Shown: piece by piece, positions 31,001-41,700 of the stretch
Layout of the letters: every line of letters begins with the position of its first letter
How positions within the stretch are numbered: the first letter of the stretch is position 1
DNA from: Bacteroidaceae bacterium
GTDB lineage: Bacteria; Bacteroidota; Bacteroidia; Bacteroidales; Bacteroidaceae
Assembly: GCA_017445925.1 (NCBI GenBank)
Contig: JAFSRW010000049.1
Coordinates: 6,384-70,383, forward strand
Direction: 5' to 3'
Length of the DNA stretch: 64,000 nucleotides
The notes under the pieces: generated by a model
What the model was told of the DNA's origin: nothing
The model's input: the letters and a program-made list of their open reading frames with translations, nothing else
The model's database searches: none
Translations under genes and position numbers: made by a program

Positions 31001-31147
31001 GCCACGGGTGACCTCATCCTGCCCGTATGGTATTCCGACAACTACTTCTTCCTCATGCCCGGCGAGAGCAAGGAGGTGGTAATATCCACCACCGGCCAGC
31101 AGGGAAGCGTAATCATCAAAGCGGAAGGACTAAACACATCTAATTAA
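28028..31147 (+). pseudogene. GH2 family glycoside hydrolase (beta-mannosidase/exo-glucosaminidase-like) with N-terminal discoidin domain, interrupted by one in-frame TAG
   Basis: Track ORFs 28013-28330 and 28355-31147 are in the same frame and separated only by TAG at 28328-28330. The read-through sequence WIELD*GAICKIDKVVFHW matches the discoidin W..DLG....I core. Downstream GH2 motifs: FLHFDGINYKARIYLNGKYVGG, FDVTGLL..GTNYLAIKI, NWVGMTDNKAFYEACDRYGILIWQDFW. Lipoprotein-like signal MKKILSLCIATTVMLAGYS. Confidence 0.6.
28438..28504. repeat. family A heptamer array inside the GH2 discoidin domain
   Basis: AATTCAA x2-3, then CTCAACT/GTCAACT/TTCAACT units. Encodes IQNSKFKNQDSNSQLSTFNFQL. Confidence 0.9.
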
Positions 31148-31164
31148 ACTAACCAAACACAAGA

Positions 31165-31208
31165 AAAGCCAAACATCCGAAAGTAAACTTTCTTTTGTCT
31201 GGCTTTTC
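31165..31208 (+). terminator. putative intrinsic terminator after GH2
   Basis: AAAAGCCAAACA..GAAAGTAAACTTTC..TGTCTGGCTTTT forms a nested imperfect hairpin followed by a T-rich tail. Confidence 0.4.
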
Positions 31209-31216
31209 TTCTGGTG

Positions 31217-31289
31217 TAGCCCGCTTGGGGTTCGAACCCAAGACCCCAACATTAAAAGTGTTGTGCTCTACCAACTGAGCTAGCGGACC
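31217..31289 (-). tRNA. tRNA-Lys (anticodon TTT)
   Basis: The reverse complement folds by hand: acceptor GGTCCGC/GCGGGCT (two G-U pairs), D arm GCTC-AGTTGGTA-GAGC, anticodon arm CAACA-CTTTTAA-TGTTG, T arm TTGGG-TTCGAAC-CCCAA. CCA is not encoded. Confidence 0.85.
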
Positions 31290-31350
31290 GACCTAAAACC
31301 CACTTTCGTGGGCACGATTTTGAAAAATGCGGTGCAAAGGTACATGTTTT

Positions 31351-31375
31351 AATTCAAAATTCAAAATTCAAAATT
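31351..31375. repeat. (AATTCAA)3.5 heptamer array directly after the AI-2E transporter stop
   Basis: Read directly. The minus (sense) strand reads TTGAATT units starting next to the TAA at 31376-31378. Confidence 0.9.
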
Positions 31376-32500
31376 TTACTTTTCCCTTGCTTTTTTTGTT
31401 TTTTCCGGCTCTATTTCCTCTTCTTGCTCTACTTCCTTGAGGATAAATCTTCTGTAATAGGACAACAGCAGGGTGGTGAGCGGAAGGGCTATGATAAAGC
31501 CAATGATTCCCATCAGACTGCCCCATACCGAAAGGCTGAGCAGGATAATGGCAGGATTCAGTCCCATTACATGCCCCATGATACGAGGGGTAAGGTACAT
31601 ATCCTGAATGGTTTGTACCACAGCAAAGACGGCTAAGGCACAAAGCATGATTATCCAGAAACTCTCGCCCGTCTCGGCTGCTTTAAGGATGGCAAGCAGA
31701 ATGGTGGGGATGAAGCCAAATAGCTGCATGTAAGGAACCAAGTTGAGGAAACCAATAAACAAACCCAGACCAATGGCCAACGGGAAGTCGATGATAAGGA
31801 AGCCTATACTGAACAGGATACCTACGATGAGGGCGATAAGAGACTGACCACGGAAATAAGCGTTCATGCCGTTCTGCACATCCTGTACCACCATAGAGGC
31901 AAACCCTCGCTTACCGGCAGGAATAAGGTTCACCCAGCCCTGACAAATCTTCTCGTAGTCGATAAGGATGAAGAACATATAAAGCAGTACAATGAACATA
32001 CCCAATACACTAAGGGCGACGTTCACAGTTCCGGATACCAGGCTCCAGGTTTGAATCATAACGGTCTGCATCGCATCAACAAAGGAACTCTGCTGCATGA
32101 GGCCGACAAGGGTGTTCTTGTTGCTGAGATAGTTGACAATATTCTGAATGTATGACGCCATATTGGTCTGGGTCATTACATCATTGAAATAAAAAGTAGT
32201 GAGTTCTGCAAGGTGTGCCATCTCCTTTACGATGGGAGGAATTATCAGTGCTATGATACCCGTGAGTACGGCTATCAACAGCAGCAACGCCACTATGATA
32301 CTGAGTATGCGGTTACGCACCTTCACACGGTACTGAATGAAATGTACAAAGGGGTATAGCAGATATGCCAGTAGCCAGGCTATAAAGAAGGGAAGCAGAA
32401 CACCTGAGAGGGTATTAAGCAACCATACGGCTCCTGCTGCAATGCAGAGGATGGTGACAGCACGGATAAAACTATCGAAAGTAATTTTTTGTTCAAACAT
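31376..32500 (-). CDS. AI-2E family transporter (PerM/UPF0118-like permease)
   Basis: 375 aa with about 8 hydrophobic segments. N-terminus LLPFFIAWLLAYLLYPFV is typical of the family. ATG at 32500 (MFEQKITF..) is preferred, because the track ORF extends 66 codons upstream through a repeat array. Confidence 0.7.
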   Translation of the reverse strand: MFEQKITFDSFIRAVTILCIAAGAVWLLNTLSGVLLPFFIAWLLAYLLYPFVHFIQYRVKVRNRILSIIVALLLLIAVLTGIIALIIPPIVKEMAHLAELTTFYFNDVMTQTNMASYIQNIVNYLSNKNTLVGLMQQSSFVDAMQTVMIQTWSLVSGTVNVALSVLGMFIVLLYMFFILIDYEKICQGWVNLIPAGKRGFASMVVQDVQNGMNAYFRGQSLIALIVGILFSIGFLIIDFPLAIGLGLFIGFLNLVPYMQLFGFIPTILLAILKAAETGESFWIIMLCALAVFAVVQTIQDMYLTPRIMGHVMGLNPAIILLSLSVWGSLMGIIGFIIALPLTTLLLSYYRRFILKEVEQEEEIEPEKTKKAREK

Positions 32501-32509
32501 ATTTTTTTT

Positions 32510-32546
32510 AGTTGACAAGTTGACGAGTTGACAAGTTGATTCAATT
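32510..32546. repeat. period-8 AGTTGACA/AGTTGACG array
   Basis: AGTTGACAAGTTGACGAGTTGACAAGTTGATT read directly. Lies in the divergent region between the AI-2E gene and rsmI. Confidence 0.9.
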
Positions 32547-32688
32547 CGTGGACGCAAATATATACATTCTGTCTGAATTAGCCCCATAAAGGGGCTTAAA
32601 AATGTTGAAATAATCAAAATAATTCGGTCTGTTTGACCACAATACCGTTTTTTATGTATACATTTGTCCCCAAATAGACGCATCAAAA

Positions 32689-33363
32689 ATGGGAACATTG
32701 TACTTGGTACCTACTCCGGTAGGGAATTTGGAGGACATAACGTTCAGAGCCTTGAAGGTGCTAAAGGAGGCTGACCTGATTCTGGCTGAGGACACCAGAA
32801 CCAGCGGTGTGCTGCTGAAACACTTCGAGATTAAGAACGCCATGTTATCTTACCACAAGTTCAATGAGCACCAAACCGTAGATCGTGTGGTGGAACGTTT
32901 GAAAGGCGGTGAGACGGTGGCTGTGGTGAGCGATGCCGGCACACCAGGCATCAGCGACCCAGGCTTCCTGGTGGCTCGTGAAGCCATAAAAGCAGGCATA
33001 GAGGTAATAACACTGCCTGGAGCAACAGCCTTTGTTCCTGCCTTGGTAAGCAGCGGATTGCCTTGCGACAAGTTTTGCTTTGAGGGCTTCCTGCCTCAGA
33101 AGAAAGGTAGGCAGACCCGCCTGAATGCCTTAGCCGAGGAACCTCGCACCATCATCTTCTACGAATCGCCCCATCGTATAGTAAAAACGCTGGAGCAGTT
33201 CAAGGAGGTCTTCGGAGCGGAAAGACCCGTTAGTGTGTGTCGTGAGATTAGTAAGATTCATGAAGAAAGTGTTCGCGGTACCATGGAAGAGGTATTGGAG
33301 CACTTTAAGAAGAATGAACCCAGAGGAGAGTTCGTGATTGTAGTAGGAGGCTACAATAATTGA
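32689..33363 (+). CDS. rsmI: 16S rRNA (cytidine1402-2'-O)-methyltransferase
   Basis: GTLYLVPTPVGNLEDITFRALKVLKEADLILAEDTR and the AVVSDAGTPGISDPG tetrapyrrole-methylase-fold motifs. The stop TGA is the first TTGA of the downstream array. Confidence 0.9.
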   Translation: MGTLYLVPTPVGNLEDITFRALKVLKEADLILAEDTRTSGVLLKHFEIKNAMLSYHKFNEHQTVDRVVERLKGGETVAVVSDAGTPGISDPGFLVAREAIKAGIEVITLPGATAFVPALVSSGLPCDKFCFEGFLPQKKGRQTRLNALAEEPRTIIFYESPHRIVKTLEQFKEVFGAERPVSVCREISKIHEESVRGTMEEVLEHFKKNEPRGEFVIVVGGYNN

Positions 33364-33418
33364 AAGTTGAGAGTTGAAAGTTGAGAGTTGAAAGTTGAAA
33401 ATTGAGAGTTGAAAATTC
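33359..33418. repeat. family A heptamer array (TTGAAAG/TTGAGAG/TTGAAAA, about 8 units)
   Basis: Read directly. Begins at the rsmI stop codon. Confidence 0.95.
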
Positions 33419-33432
33419 AAAAACAAAAAGAT

Positions 33433-34287
33433 ATGAAAAAGTTTGGATTTGTAACAGTAGTGACTTTGTTATTGGCCTCATGCGGCCAAGGTCAGCAAGC
33501 AATTGAGAATGCCGCTGAGCAGGAACGTGATTCGCTTCAGCGAATTATCAACGAGAAGGATATAGAGTTGAATGATATCATGAGTACTTTTGACGAGGTA
33601 CAGGAGGGTATCAGACGTATAAATGAAGCCGAAGGACGTGTAACCGTTGCTGATGCAAGCCCTGAAAGCGCCAGCAACAAGGAGGTGATACGTGAGAATA
33701 TGCAGTTCATCAAGAATGCTATGCAGCAGAACCGCGAAATGATAGCTCAGCTGAAGGAAAAGTTGCGCAAGAGTTCCTTCAATGCAGAGAATCTGAAGAA
33801 GACGGTTGAGAACCTGCAGGCTCAGATTGATTCGCAGAGCACGCGTATCCAGGAACTGGAAGCTTCGCTGGCAGAAAAGGATGCTCAGCTGGTTGCACAG
33901 AGCGAGCAGATTAACACCCTGACAGAGAGTGTAACATCGCTGACTGAGGAGAACAAACAGAAGGCTGCTACCGTTGCCTCTCAGGAGAAGCAACTGAATG
34001 CCGCGTGGTTTGTGTTCGGTACTAAGAACGAGTTGAAGGAAGAGAAGATTCTGCAAAACGGCGATGTGCTGCGCGACGATAGCTTCAACAAGGATTACTT
34101 TACACAGATTGATATCCGCTACGATAAGATAATCAAGTTCTACAGCAAGACCGCTACCATCCTTACCAACCATCCTTCAGGAAGCTATCAGATGGTGAAG
34201 GACAGCAAGGGGCTGTATGAGTTACACATCGTTGACCCCGTAAAGTTCTGGAGTACCGGAAGATACTTGGTAGTACAGGTTAAATAG
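33433..34287 (+). CDS. coiled-coil lipoprotein of unknown function
   Basis: Lipobox MKKFGFVTVVTLLLASCGQ (ATG 33433; the track start 33409 is a TTG inside the array). Long heptad-rich helical region (QAQIDSQSTRIQELEASLAEKDAQLVAQSEQINTL). Confidence 0.7.
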   Translation: MKKFGFVTVVTLLLASCGQGQQAIENAAEQERDSLQRIINEKDIELNDIMSTFDEVQEGIRRINEAEGRVTVADASPESASNKEVIRENMQFIKNAMQQNREMIAQLKEKLRKSSFNAENLKKTVENLQAQIDSQSTRIQELEASLAEKDAQLVAQSEQINTLTESVTSLTEENKQKAATVASQEKQLNAAWFVFGTKNELKEEKILQNGDVLRDDSFNKDYFTQIDIRYDKIIKFYSKTATILTNHPSGSYQMVKDSKGLYELHIVDPVKFWSTGRYLVVQVK

Positions 34288-34329
34288 AGTTGATAGTTGA
34301 GAGTTGACAGTTGAGAGTTGAAAGTTGAG
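34288..34329. repeat. family A heptamer array (AGTTGAT/G/C/G/A/G, 6 units)
   Basis: Read directly. Starts 1 nt after the lipoprotein TAA. Confidence 0.95.
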
Positions 34330-34387
34330 AACATCAAGAAGTAAACATTATAATTCGAGCAGGTCGTCATTACCTTTTGAAGACGGG

Positions 34388-35650
34388 ATGTCGGGCGTGA
34401 AGTTCCACAATGTGGTGGAGACGCGTCCTGAGAAGGCTATATTGGTGGGTCTGATTACCTCCGACCAGAATGAGCGAAAGACAAAGGAGTATCTGGACGA
34501 ACTGGAGTTCCTTGCCGAAACAGCAGGAGCGGAGACAGTAAAACGTTTTACCCAGCGTATGAATGGCCCCAGCAGCGTAACCTATTTAGGTATAGGAAAA
34601 CTGCAGGAGATAAGGGCTTACATAGAAGCAGAGGAAGATGCAGAGCGCGAGGTGGATATGGTCATCTTTGATGATGAACTCTCTGCCAAGCAGTTGCGTA
34701 ACATAGAAAACGAACTGAAAGTAAAGGTGCTGGACCGTACGAGTCTGATTCTGGACATCTTTGCTATGCGAGCCCAGACAGCCAATGCCAAGACGCAGGT
34801 GGAATTGGCTCAGTACCGTTATATGCTGCCCCGTCTGCAACGCTTATGGACTCACCTTGAACGTCAGGGTGGTGGTTCCGGAAGCGGAGGCGGAAAAGGT
34901 TCGGTAGGTCTGCGTGGACCAGGTGAAACACAGTTGGAGATGGACCGCCGAATCATTCTGAATCGTATGAGTCTGCTTAAACAGCGTTTGGCCGACATCG
35001 ACCGCCAAAAGACTACCCAACGTGGAAATCGCGGTCGTATGATACGTGTGGCCCTTGTGGGTTACACCAATGTGGGCAAGAGCACGCTGATGAATCTGCT
35101 CTCCAAGAGCGAGGTGTTTGCCGAGAACAAACTCTTTGCCACACTGGACACTACGGTGCGCAAGGTGATTGTGGACAATCTGCCCTTCCTGCTCTCTGAT
35201 ACAGTAGGATTCATCCGAAAACTGCCTACCGACTTGGTGGATTCCTTCAAGAGCACACTGGATGAGGTACGCGAGGCAGACTTCCTATTGCACGTGGTGG
35301 ATATCAGCCATCCCGATTTTGAAGACCAAATTAAGGTGGTTGAGAAGACACTTTCCGACCTTGGCTGTGCCGACAAGCCCTCGATGGTTATCTTCAACAA
35401 GATAGATGCCTATACATGGGAGGAGAAAGATGCTGACGACCTGACTCCAGCTACTGCCAAGAACGTGTCGCTGGACGAGTTGACCCACACCTGGATGTCG
35501 CGCCTCAACGGTGACTGCCTCTTTATCTCGGCTCAGGAAAAGACCAATTTAGAGACCATGAAGCAAGTCCTTTATAATAAGGTTAGGGAACTGCATGTAC
35601 AGAAGTACCCGTACAATGACTTCCTTTTCCAACATTACGAGGAGAGTTAG
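34388..35650 (+). CDS. hflX: GTPase HflX
   Basis: HflX N-domain (ELEFLAETAGAE, LDRTSLILDIFAMRAQT, AQYRYMLPRL). G1 GYTNVGKST, G3 DTVGF, G4 NKID. ATG at 34388 preferred over the track start in the array. Confidence 0.9.
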   Translation: MSGVKFHNVVETRPEKAILVGLITSDQNERKTKEYLDELEFLAETAGAETVKRFTQRMNGPSSVTYLGIGKLQEIRAYIEAEEDAEREVDMVIFDDELSAKQLRNIENELKVKVLDRTSLILDIFAMRAQTANAKTQVELAQYRYMLPRLQRLWTHLERQGGGSGSGGGKGSVGLRGPGETQLEMDRRIILNRMSLLKQRLADIDRQKTTQRGNRGRMIRVALVGYTNVGKSTLMNLLSKSEVFAENKLFATLDTTVRKVIVDNLPFLLSDTVGFIRKLPTDLVDSFKSTLDEVREADFLLHVVDISHPDFEDQIKVVEKTLSDLGCADKPSMVIFNKIDAYTWEEKDADDLTPATAKNVSLDELTHTWMSRLNGDCLFISAQEKTNLETMKQVLYNKVRELHVQKYPYNDFLFQHYEES

Positions 35651-35714
35651 ACTTTAGACGTTTTGAATTTTGAATTAAACTAATATAAACTGCCCAAGAC
35701 CCTGCATTGCAGTT

Positions 35715-35749
35715 CCTCCCCATAGAGGGGGAGGTTAGGAGAGGGTCCC
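35715..35749 (+). repeat. family B GC-rich hairpin element
   Basis: CCTCCCC-ATAGA-GGGGGAGG-TTA-GGAGAGGG-TCCC, 5 nt upstream of the fumarase ATG. Confidence 0.85.
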
Positions 35750-35753
35750 ATAT

Positions 35754-37394
35754 ATGGCTGATTTTAAGTATGCCCCAATGTTCCAGATGGGCGAGGACAA
35801 GACCGAATATCGCCTCCTGACAAAGGAGGGAGTAAGCGTAAGCGAATTTGAGGGTCACAAGATCCTGAAGGTTAGCAAGGAGGCGCTGACCCTGCTGGCT
35901 CAACAGTGCTTCCACGATGTGGAGTTCATGCTACGCCGTGAGCACAACCTGCAGGTAGCCAAAGTACTGACCGACCCCGAGGCAAGTGAGAACGACAAGT
36001 ATGTGGCTCTGCAGTTCCTGCGCAATGCCGATGTGGCAGCCAAGGGCGTGCTGCCCTTCTGTCAGGACACAGGTACAGCTATCATTCATGGCGAAAAGGG
36101 CCAGCAGGTTTGGACAGGCTTCGAGGATGAGGAGGCACTCTCTCGTGGTGTCTTCAACACCTTCACGCAGGACAATCTGCGCTACTCTCAGAATGCACCC
36201 CTGAATATGTATGATGAGGTAAACACCAAGTGCAACCTCCCTGCCCAGATTGACATCGAGGCCGTAGAAGGTGCCGAGTATCGTTTCGTCTGCGTAGCCA
36301 AGGGTGGCGGCTCTGCCAACAAGACCTACTTCTATCCCATGACAAAGGCACTCATCCAGAACGAGAAGACCTTATTGCCCTGGTTGGTAGAGGAGATGAA
36401 ACACTTAGGCACAGCAGCTTGTCCTCCTTATCACATCTGCTTCGTAATTGGTGGTACCAGTGCCGAGAAGAATCTGCTGACCGTAAAGTTGGGCTCTATC
36501 AAGTACTACGACAATCTGCCAACCACAGGCGATGAGACGGGTCGTGCTTTCCGTGATATCGACCTGGAAGAGAAACTCCTGAAGGAGGCTCAGAAGATAG
36601 GCCTCGGTGCTCAGTTCGGTGGTAAATATTTGGCTCACGACATTCGCGTGATTCGTCTGCCTCGCCACGGTGCTTCCCTGCCCGTAGGTATGGGTGTAAG
36701 TTGCTCTGCCGACCGTAACATCAAGGCAAAGATTAACGAGGACGGTATCTGGATTGAGAAGATGGACTGCAACCCAACAGAGCTGATTCCTGAGGAACTG
36801 CGCAATCCGGGTGAAGGCCCCAAGGGTATAGAGATAGACCTGAACAAGGGCATTGATGCCGTTCGTGCCGAACTGACCAAATATCCCGTCAGCACTCGCG
36901 TAAACTTGAAGGGTACTATTATTGTGGCTCGTGATATTGCTCACGCCAAGCTGAAGGCTCGTCTGGATGCTGGTGAGGGTATGCCTCAGTACTTTAAGGA
37001 TTATCCCGTGCTGTATGCAGGTCCTGCCAAGACTCCAGAAGGTTATCCCTGCGGTTCTATGGGCCCCACCACAGCCAACCGTATGGACCCCTACGTAGAT
37101 GAGTTCCAGGCTAATGGTGCCTCTTTGGTGATGATTGCCAAGGGCAACCGCACCCAGCAGGTAACCGATGCTTGTAAGAAGCACGGTGGTTTCTACTTGG
37201 GAACCATCGGTGGTGTAGCTGCCGTACTGAGTCAGAGCAGCATCAAGAGCATTGAGTGCGTAGAATATCCCGAGTTGGGTATGGAAGCTATCTGGAAGAT
37301 TGACGTAGAAGACTTCCCCGCCTTCATCCTTGTAGATGATAAGGGCAACGACTTCTTCCAGCAACTGAAGCCCTGGTGTCCCAGTTGTAAGTAA
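35754..37394 (+). CDS. class I (Fe-S dependent) fumarate hydratase, fused alpha/beta type
   Basis: 546 aa. Motifs [25 protein letters not shown] and GPTTANRMD. Typical Bacteroidota single-chain fumarase. Confidence 0.9.
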   Translation: MADFKYAPMFQMGEDKTEYRLLTKEGVSVSEFEGHKILKVSKEALTLLAQQCFHDVEFMLRREHNLQVAKVLTDPEASENDKYVALQFLRNADVAAKGVLPFCQDTGTAIIHGEKGQQVWTGFEDEEALSRGVFNTFTQDNLRYSQNAPLNMYDEVNTKCNLPAQIDIEAVEGAEYRFVCVAKGGGSANKTYFYPMTKALIQNEKTLLPWLVEEMKHLGTAACPPYHICFVIGGTSAEKNLLTVKLGSIKYYDNLPTTGDETGRAFRDIDLEEKLLKEAQKIGLGAQFGGKYLAHDIRVIRLPRHGASLPVGMGVSCSADRNIKAKINEDGIWIEKMDCNPTELIPEELRNPGEGPKGIEIDLNKGIDAVRAELTKYPVSTRVNLKGTIIVARDIAHAKLKARLDAGEGMPQYFKDYPVLYAGPAKTPEGYPCGSMGPTTANRMDPYVDEFQANGASLVMIAKGNRTQQVTDACKKHGGFYLGTIGGVAAVLSQSSIKSIECVEYPELGMEAIWKIDVEDFPAFILVDDKGNDFFQQLKPWCPSCK

Positions 37395-37432
37395 AAGCCC
37401 CCCTAATAACCCACTTTAGGGGGAATGAAAAA

Positions 37433-37457
37433 GAGGCAGGGTGTTTAGTCCTGCCTC
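37433..37457. terminator. bidirectional hairpin terminator between convergent genes
   Basis: GAGGCAGG-GTGTTTAGT-CCTGCCTC with T-rich flanks. Lies between the fumarase stop (37394) and the stop of the 436-aa gene (37467). Confidence 0.6.
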
Positions 37458-37466
37458 TCTTCGGTT

Positions 37467-38777
37467 TTAAAAACCATCAGCAAACATCTTTTTACCGTTA
37501 ACAACAAATATTCCTTTCTTTTGTTTACCGTTTACCGTTGACGGTTTATGGTTTATACTTGAACTTTTAAACCCTTGAACTCTTCGGCCAGCGAGGTCAT
37601 ACACGGCATCAACTGAATGTTCTATGTTCAATGTTGAATGTTCAATATAAATTGAGCCGATTCCCACACCGCCGTATGGGTTGCCGTTCTCGTCCAACAG
37701 GCGTATTTCCACGATATCAGGCAGATTAATGGGCTCAGCATACCGACGTGCACTGAAGGGAACATAAGGACCTGTGTAAGAGAGATAGCATCGCAGGGGC
37801 AGAATGTAGTCGCCATCAGAGAAACGGACAAACTCTCGCTTGATGTTGTCATCGGGATTTCTGGCCGAGAAACCATAGTCGGTACTCTCATCGGTCCAGA
37901 CCAGTTTCTGGTAAGTACCTCGGAAAGTCCACCCGTTCTTACTGCCCGGATCTACGACTTCGGTCTTCAGCATTACGGGCTGGCCATTAAAGTCAAAGAC
38001 CAATTGCTCATCAGAGGGGAGGAAGAGATATGGCAAGTTAGCCTTCAGCTCATTTACCTTAGTCATGGTAGCAACCCATTTTTCATTCTCCCGAATAACA
38101 TCGGTAAACTTAAAGAACGAGCCACCGGTAAAGTTTGTTGAACTGTTAATGTCAAATGGAAGGATAACAGCTGCATACTGGTTAGGTACGAAATAGCGGT
38201 CATACTCTACGCTGTCTACATCAAACGACTCAGGTATGCTGATTGTTTCCTCGCTGGTGCCATCGAATACAGCTATACGCTTGCCCTCGGAATACTTGAC
38301 AGTGATGCCCGTAAAGGAAGGCAGTGGCGTGAGGTCGAGGACGTATGGCGACTGCGGCGAGCCAAGCACCCCATTGAATGTGTAGGTTATACCACGGTCG
38401 GCCTCTATAATCTCTCCATTTACGAACACCTTGAAGGTAAGATGCTCCCCCGTTTTGTTTCCGTAGACCGTCAGATACGTCACGCCTGGGTTCGTGGAGT
38501 CCTCGGGACGGCCCTTGCCACGTATCTGGTCATCGGCATAAACTGCCACAATGACATCCTGCGTAAGCACCTCCTTGTTTAGCACCGTCTTCACGGATAT
38601 AATCATGCTGCCATAGAAGGTGTTGGGACTGACATCAGGAAAGGGGTCAGTAACCTGAGCCATAAGGCTGGTACTCCCCATGAGAAGGAGAAGAAGACCG
38701 CTCCCAAGAAGACCCATTCCTGCCCCCTCCCGTAAAAGGAGGGGAGGGGATAGCCATTTTATTATTCTACGAATCAT
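37467..38777 (-). CDS. secreted protein of unknown function with T9SS-type C-terminal signal
   Basis: 4-nt ATGA overlap with the giant gene. Hydrophobic leader GLLGSGLLLLLMGSTSLMAQV (the alternative ATG at 38717 would leave the GC element intergenic). C-terminus IEHSTLNIEHSVDAVYDLAGRRV..KKGIFVVNGKKMF. Confidence 0.7.
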   Translation of the reverse strand: MIRRIIKWLSPPLLLREGAGMGLLGSGLLLLLMGSTSLMAQVTDPFPDVSPNTFYGSMIISVKTVLNKEVLTQDVIVAVYADDQIRGKGRPEDSTNPGVTYLTVYGNKTGEHLTFKVFVNGEIIEADRGITYTFNGVLGSPQSPYVLDLTPLPSFTGITVKYSEGKRIAVFDGTSEETISIPESFDVDSVEYDRYFVPNQYAAVILPFDINSSTNFTGGSFFKFTDVIRENEKWVATMTKVNELKANLPYLFLPSDEQLVFDFNGQPVMLKTEVVDPGSKNGWTFRGTYQKLVWTDESTDYGFSARNPDDNIKREFVRFSDGDYILPLRCYLSYTGPYVPFSARRYAEPINLPDIVEIRLLDENGNPYGGVGIGSIYIEHSTLNIEHSVDAVYDLAGRRVQGFKSSSINHKPSTVNGKQKKGIFVVNGKKMFADGF

Positions 38778-41700
38778 TTTACAGCCTTCTTTTGTCCGTT
38801 GATGATGTAAACGCCACTCTTCAGTTGAGAGTTGACAGGTGACAGTTGAGAGTTGACAGGTGACAGTTGAGAGTTATATTTGCGTCCACTGAGGTCATAA
38901 ACTGAATGTTCAATGTTCAATGTTGAATGTTCAATGATTGATGTAGCTTCATCCAAGTCGATGACAAGTGGATTCATAGGTGTTCCGTAGATGCCATCCG
39001 TCTGGAAGTTGACAGTTGTGGTAGCATCAATAACCTGATTGTCGACAACAACCTTGAAGGTGAGCACAGCTTCTTCCTCGCCAGGAATGGTCAGGTAAGC
39101 CATACCCTCCTTATCGGTTATGGTTGCTGTGCGACATTCCTCATCGGCAAAGACGCCCAGTTCCGTATTGGTCAACGGACTTCCTGCTGCTACAATCCTG
39201 ACAGCCATGATGGCATTACCTGAGTAGGCATGACGATCTACAGGCTGGAAGACACCCAGTTTCTCCTGTTGCAGCGCCCTTACATTCTGGCGTGGATAAC
39301 CAAAGTCGCGGTTGGTGCTCACATTCATCACATAACCTAAGCCTGGCTCCATCATTACCAGCGTACCGTTCCACTCGTAGTTATTGAAGTAGGTTACGCC
39401 GCTCTGTCCCTTTACGATGTCGCCGTTCTCTGGATTCATATTTGCCAAGGCATCGGCCACAGAGGCAACATTCCGTCCGTAGTAGCCTACCCAGTTCCAA
39501 CCAGCTTTCAGTTCAATGGGGCATTTTGCAGGATCTACCGGCTCGCCTACAATGTGCAGCTTACCGTTATTCTTCATCTGTACGGCATACATCTGTCCGT
39601 TCTCCAGATCGCCTGTCAGGTTACCCTTCCATGTGCCGTGCTCGTGATACATATATCCGTCCTCGAAACTCTTGATGGCAAGCACATCATCCATCAAATT
39701 ATCGAACAGAGCAGAAACTTTCATATCATCGGCCTTAACGTAGAACGATACCCAGTTCCAACCAGCCTTAAGATTAGTTGACTGCTCTATCTTGTCGAGT
39801 GCGTTGAGCACGACGGGCGTTTCGTACCTGCCTTCCAATAACATTGGGGTAAAGGTGATGGTGCGATCGGGCTGCACGGCAGGATAAAGTGTACCTGTGG
39901 ATGCATCATAGGCGCGGAAGGTTACCTCCTTGTCTGCGTCATCGTCGCCGTAGATATCCATTGTAACAAAGTAGCTGTCGTAACGCTCCATGTAGGCAGG
40001 ATGTGCCACGCCTCTGCATTCGCCATCAATGAATGCTGCCACTATGTCATCCTCGTCGGTTACGGGTACGCCCAGAATCTCCACTCTGCCTATAACGCTC
40101 ATAGAGTTCTCGTAGTCATTGGGATTGATGTTCCAATAAGGAATCTGTCCGGTTACGTTGATGCTGAGTGTCAATGGCGTCTCTATGCCGTTGTTGCCCT
40201 TCAGATATATGGTCTCCTCGTACTTGCCGATGGGTGTGGCAGAACTGATGGTAAAGGTAACCATTGTTTCGTCCAACGGGTTAGTTGTACCATATTCGTC
40301 AGTAGCCGTGAGCCATGAAGGCATTCCCGAAAGTGTCCACATCTGCTGCTGGCCGCTCTTGTTGATAACGGTGGCGGTGACGCTGCTTTCGGTCTTTACC
40401 TGCTTTGTCAGAGTCAGTTCATCCTTGTCCCAAGCCAACTCGTTCCTGTTGACAAAGGCACTCCAGATGGCAGGAACGGAGTAGTTGCCGTTCTCGTCGC
40501 GAACATCTCGAACCGTGAAGTTCAGGGTACAGCCTTCTATGATGGCAGGATCTTCGTCGATGTTGATAACCACCTTCTCGTTGCTGGCCACATAGGTAAA
40601 GCTGACGTTGGTCTCTGTTGGCTTTGTGCGTAAGGCAGGAGCGTTATCTACATAGTTGAGAGTTGAAAGTTGAGAGTTGAGAGTTAAGACTTCTGCCTGA
40701 TGCCCGCTGCCCGTAAGGTCTGTTGCATCGCCGACGGTAACGACCTGATTACCTGAGTCGAGCGTCTTCTTCTCGAAGGGATAGTAAGCTACCAAACCAT
40801 CCTCTGAACCAGTGAGACGTACCTTGCGGTTCTTGCTCAGCAAGTCGGCGTTCAGTGTGGCGTTCCATACGCGTACCTCATCTAATTGTCCCTTGAAGCC
40901 ATGATCGTAAGCGTAGGTGCCGAAGTCCTGAGATACGGTGGTGCGATGAGCACCCAGAATCAGGTTATTGGTGGCGATACTGCCCACGTTTGCTGAGGCT
41001 GTGCTCAAGCAACGCTTACCATCCACATAAACAGCGGCGGCTCCCTGACGCAGCACATTCAGTGCAACGTGATGCCAAACGTTATCTGTAATTGAAAGTT
41101 GAGAGTTGAAAGTTGAGAGTTGAGAGCCGTCTGGGAGATAGGCATCCTTTCCTGTGAGCTGGAGGTTACCCTCGGCAGTGAGGGAGAGTGCTACGTCTCC
41201 CATCTGAAGCAGCTGGGCCTCACCGGTCTGCTCTCCACCACGCATCCAGAACTCCAAGGCATAGTCATCGTCCACACAGGTGGGCAACTCCGAGGTATTG
41301 ATGCTCACGTAGCTTTGTCCGTCCAGGTTGATGGCCTTGTTCTCGTTGTTCAGGTACCACGTCTCTTCTGGCATCGTCATGTGACGGTTGCGAGCGTAGT
41401 CGCGGATGGTAGTGCCCTCACCCTCGTTCATCTTCCAGTAACCTATGAGGTGACGGGTTGAGGGGTTCTTGGTCTTGCTACGGTCGAGTAGGGCGGTGGT
41501 CATATCGTGAGCCTCGTCCCAGAGCAGCAGCTCGTGCATCGCGGTGGTGGTGTTACAGCCTACTTGCACGGGTCCGTTTCCTTCGTAGCTGTCAGCTGCC
41601 TCGTTCTTGAAGAGCGTAGTCTCATTGGCATCGTCGGCCACGGTAGCATTCAGTATTCCATCTGCTGTGAGGCTGAGGCTAAGGAATGCCCACTTACCTG

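Noticed and set aside
33478-34173. 231-aa minus-strand ORF antisense to the coiled-coil lipoprotein gene
   Set aside because: It is a Leu/Gln-rich mirror of a coiled-coil coding region. The plus-strand ORF has a lipobox and sits in operon context.
36405-37364. 319-aa minus-strand ORF antisense to the fumarase gene
   Set aside because: The fumarase frame carries unambiguous class I fumarase motifs. The antisense product has no recognisable features.
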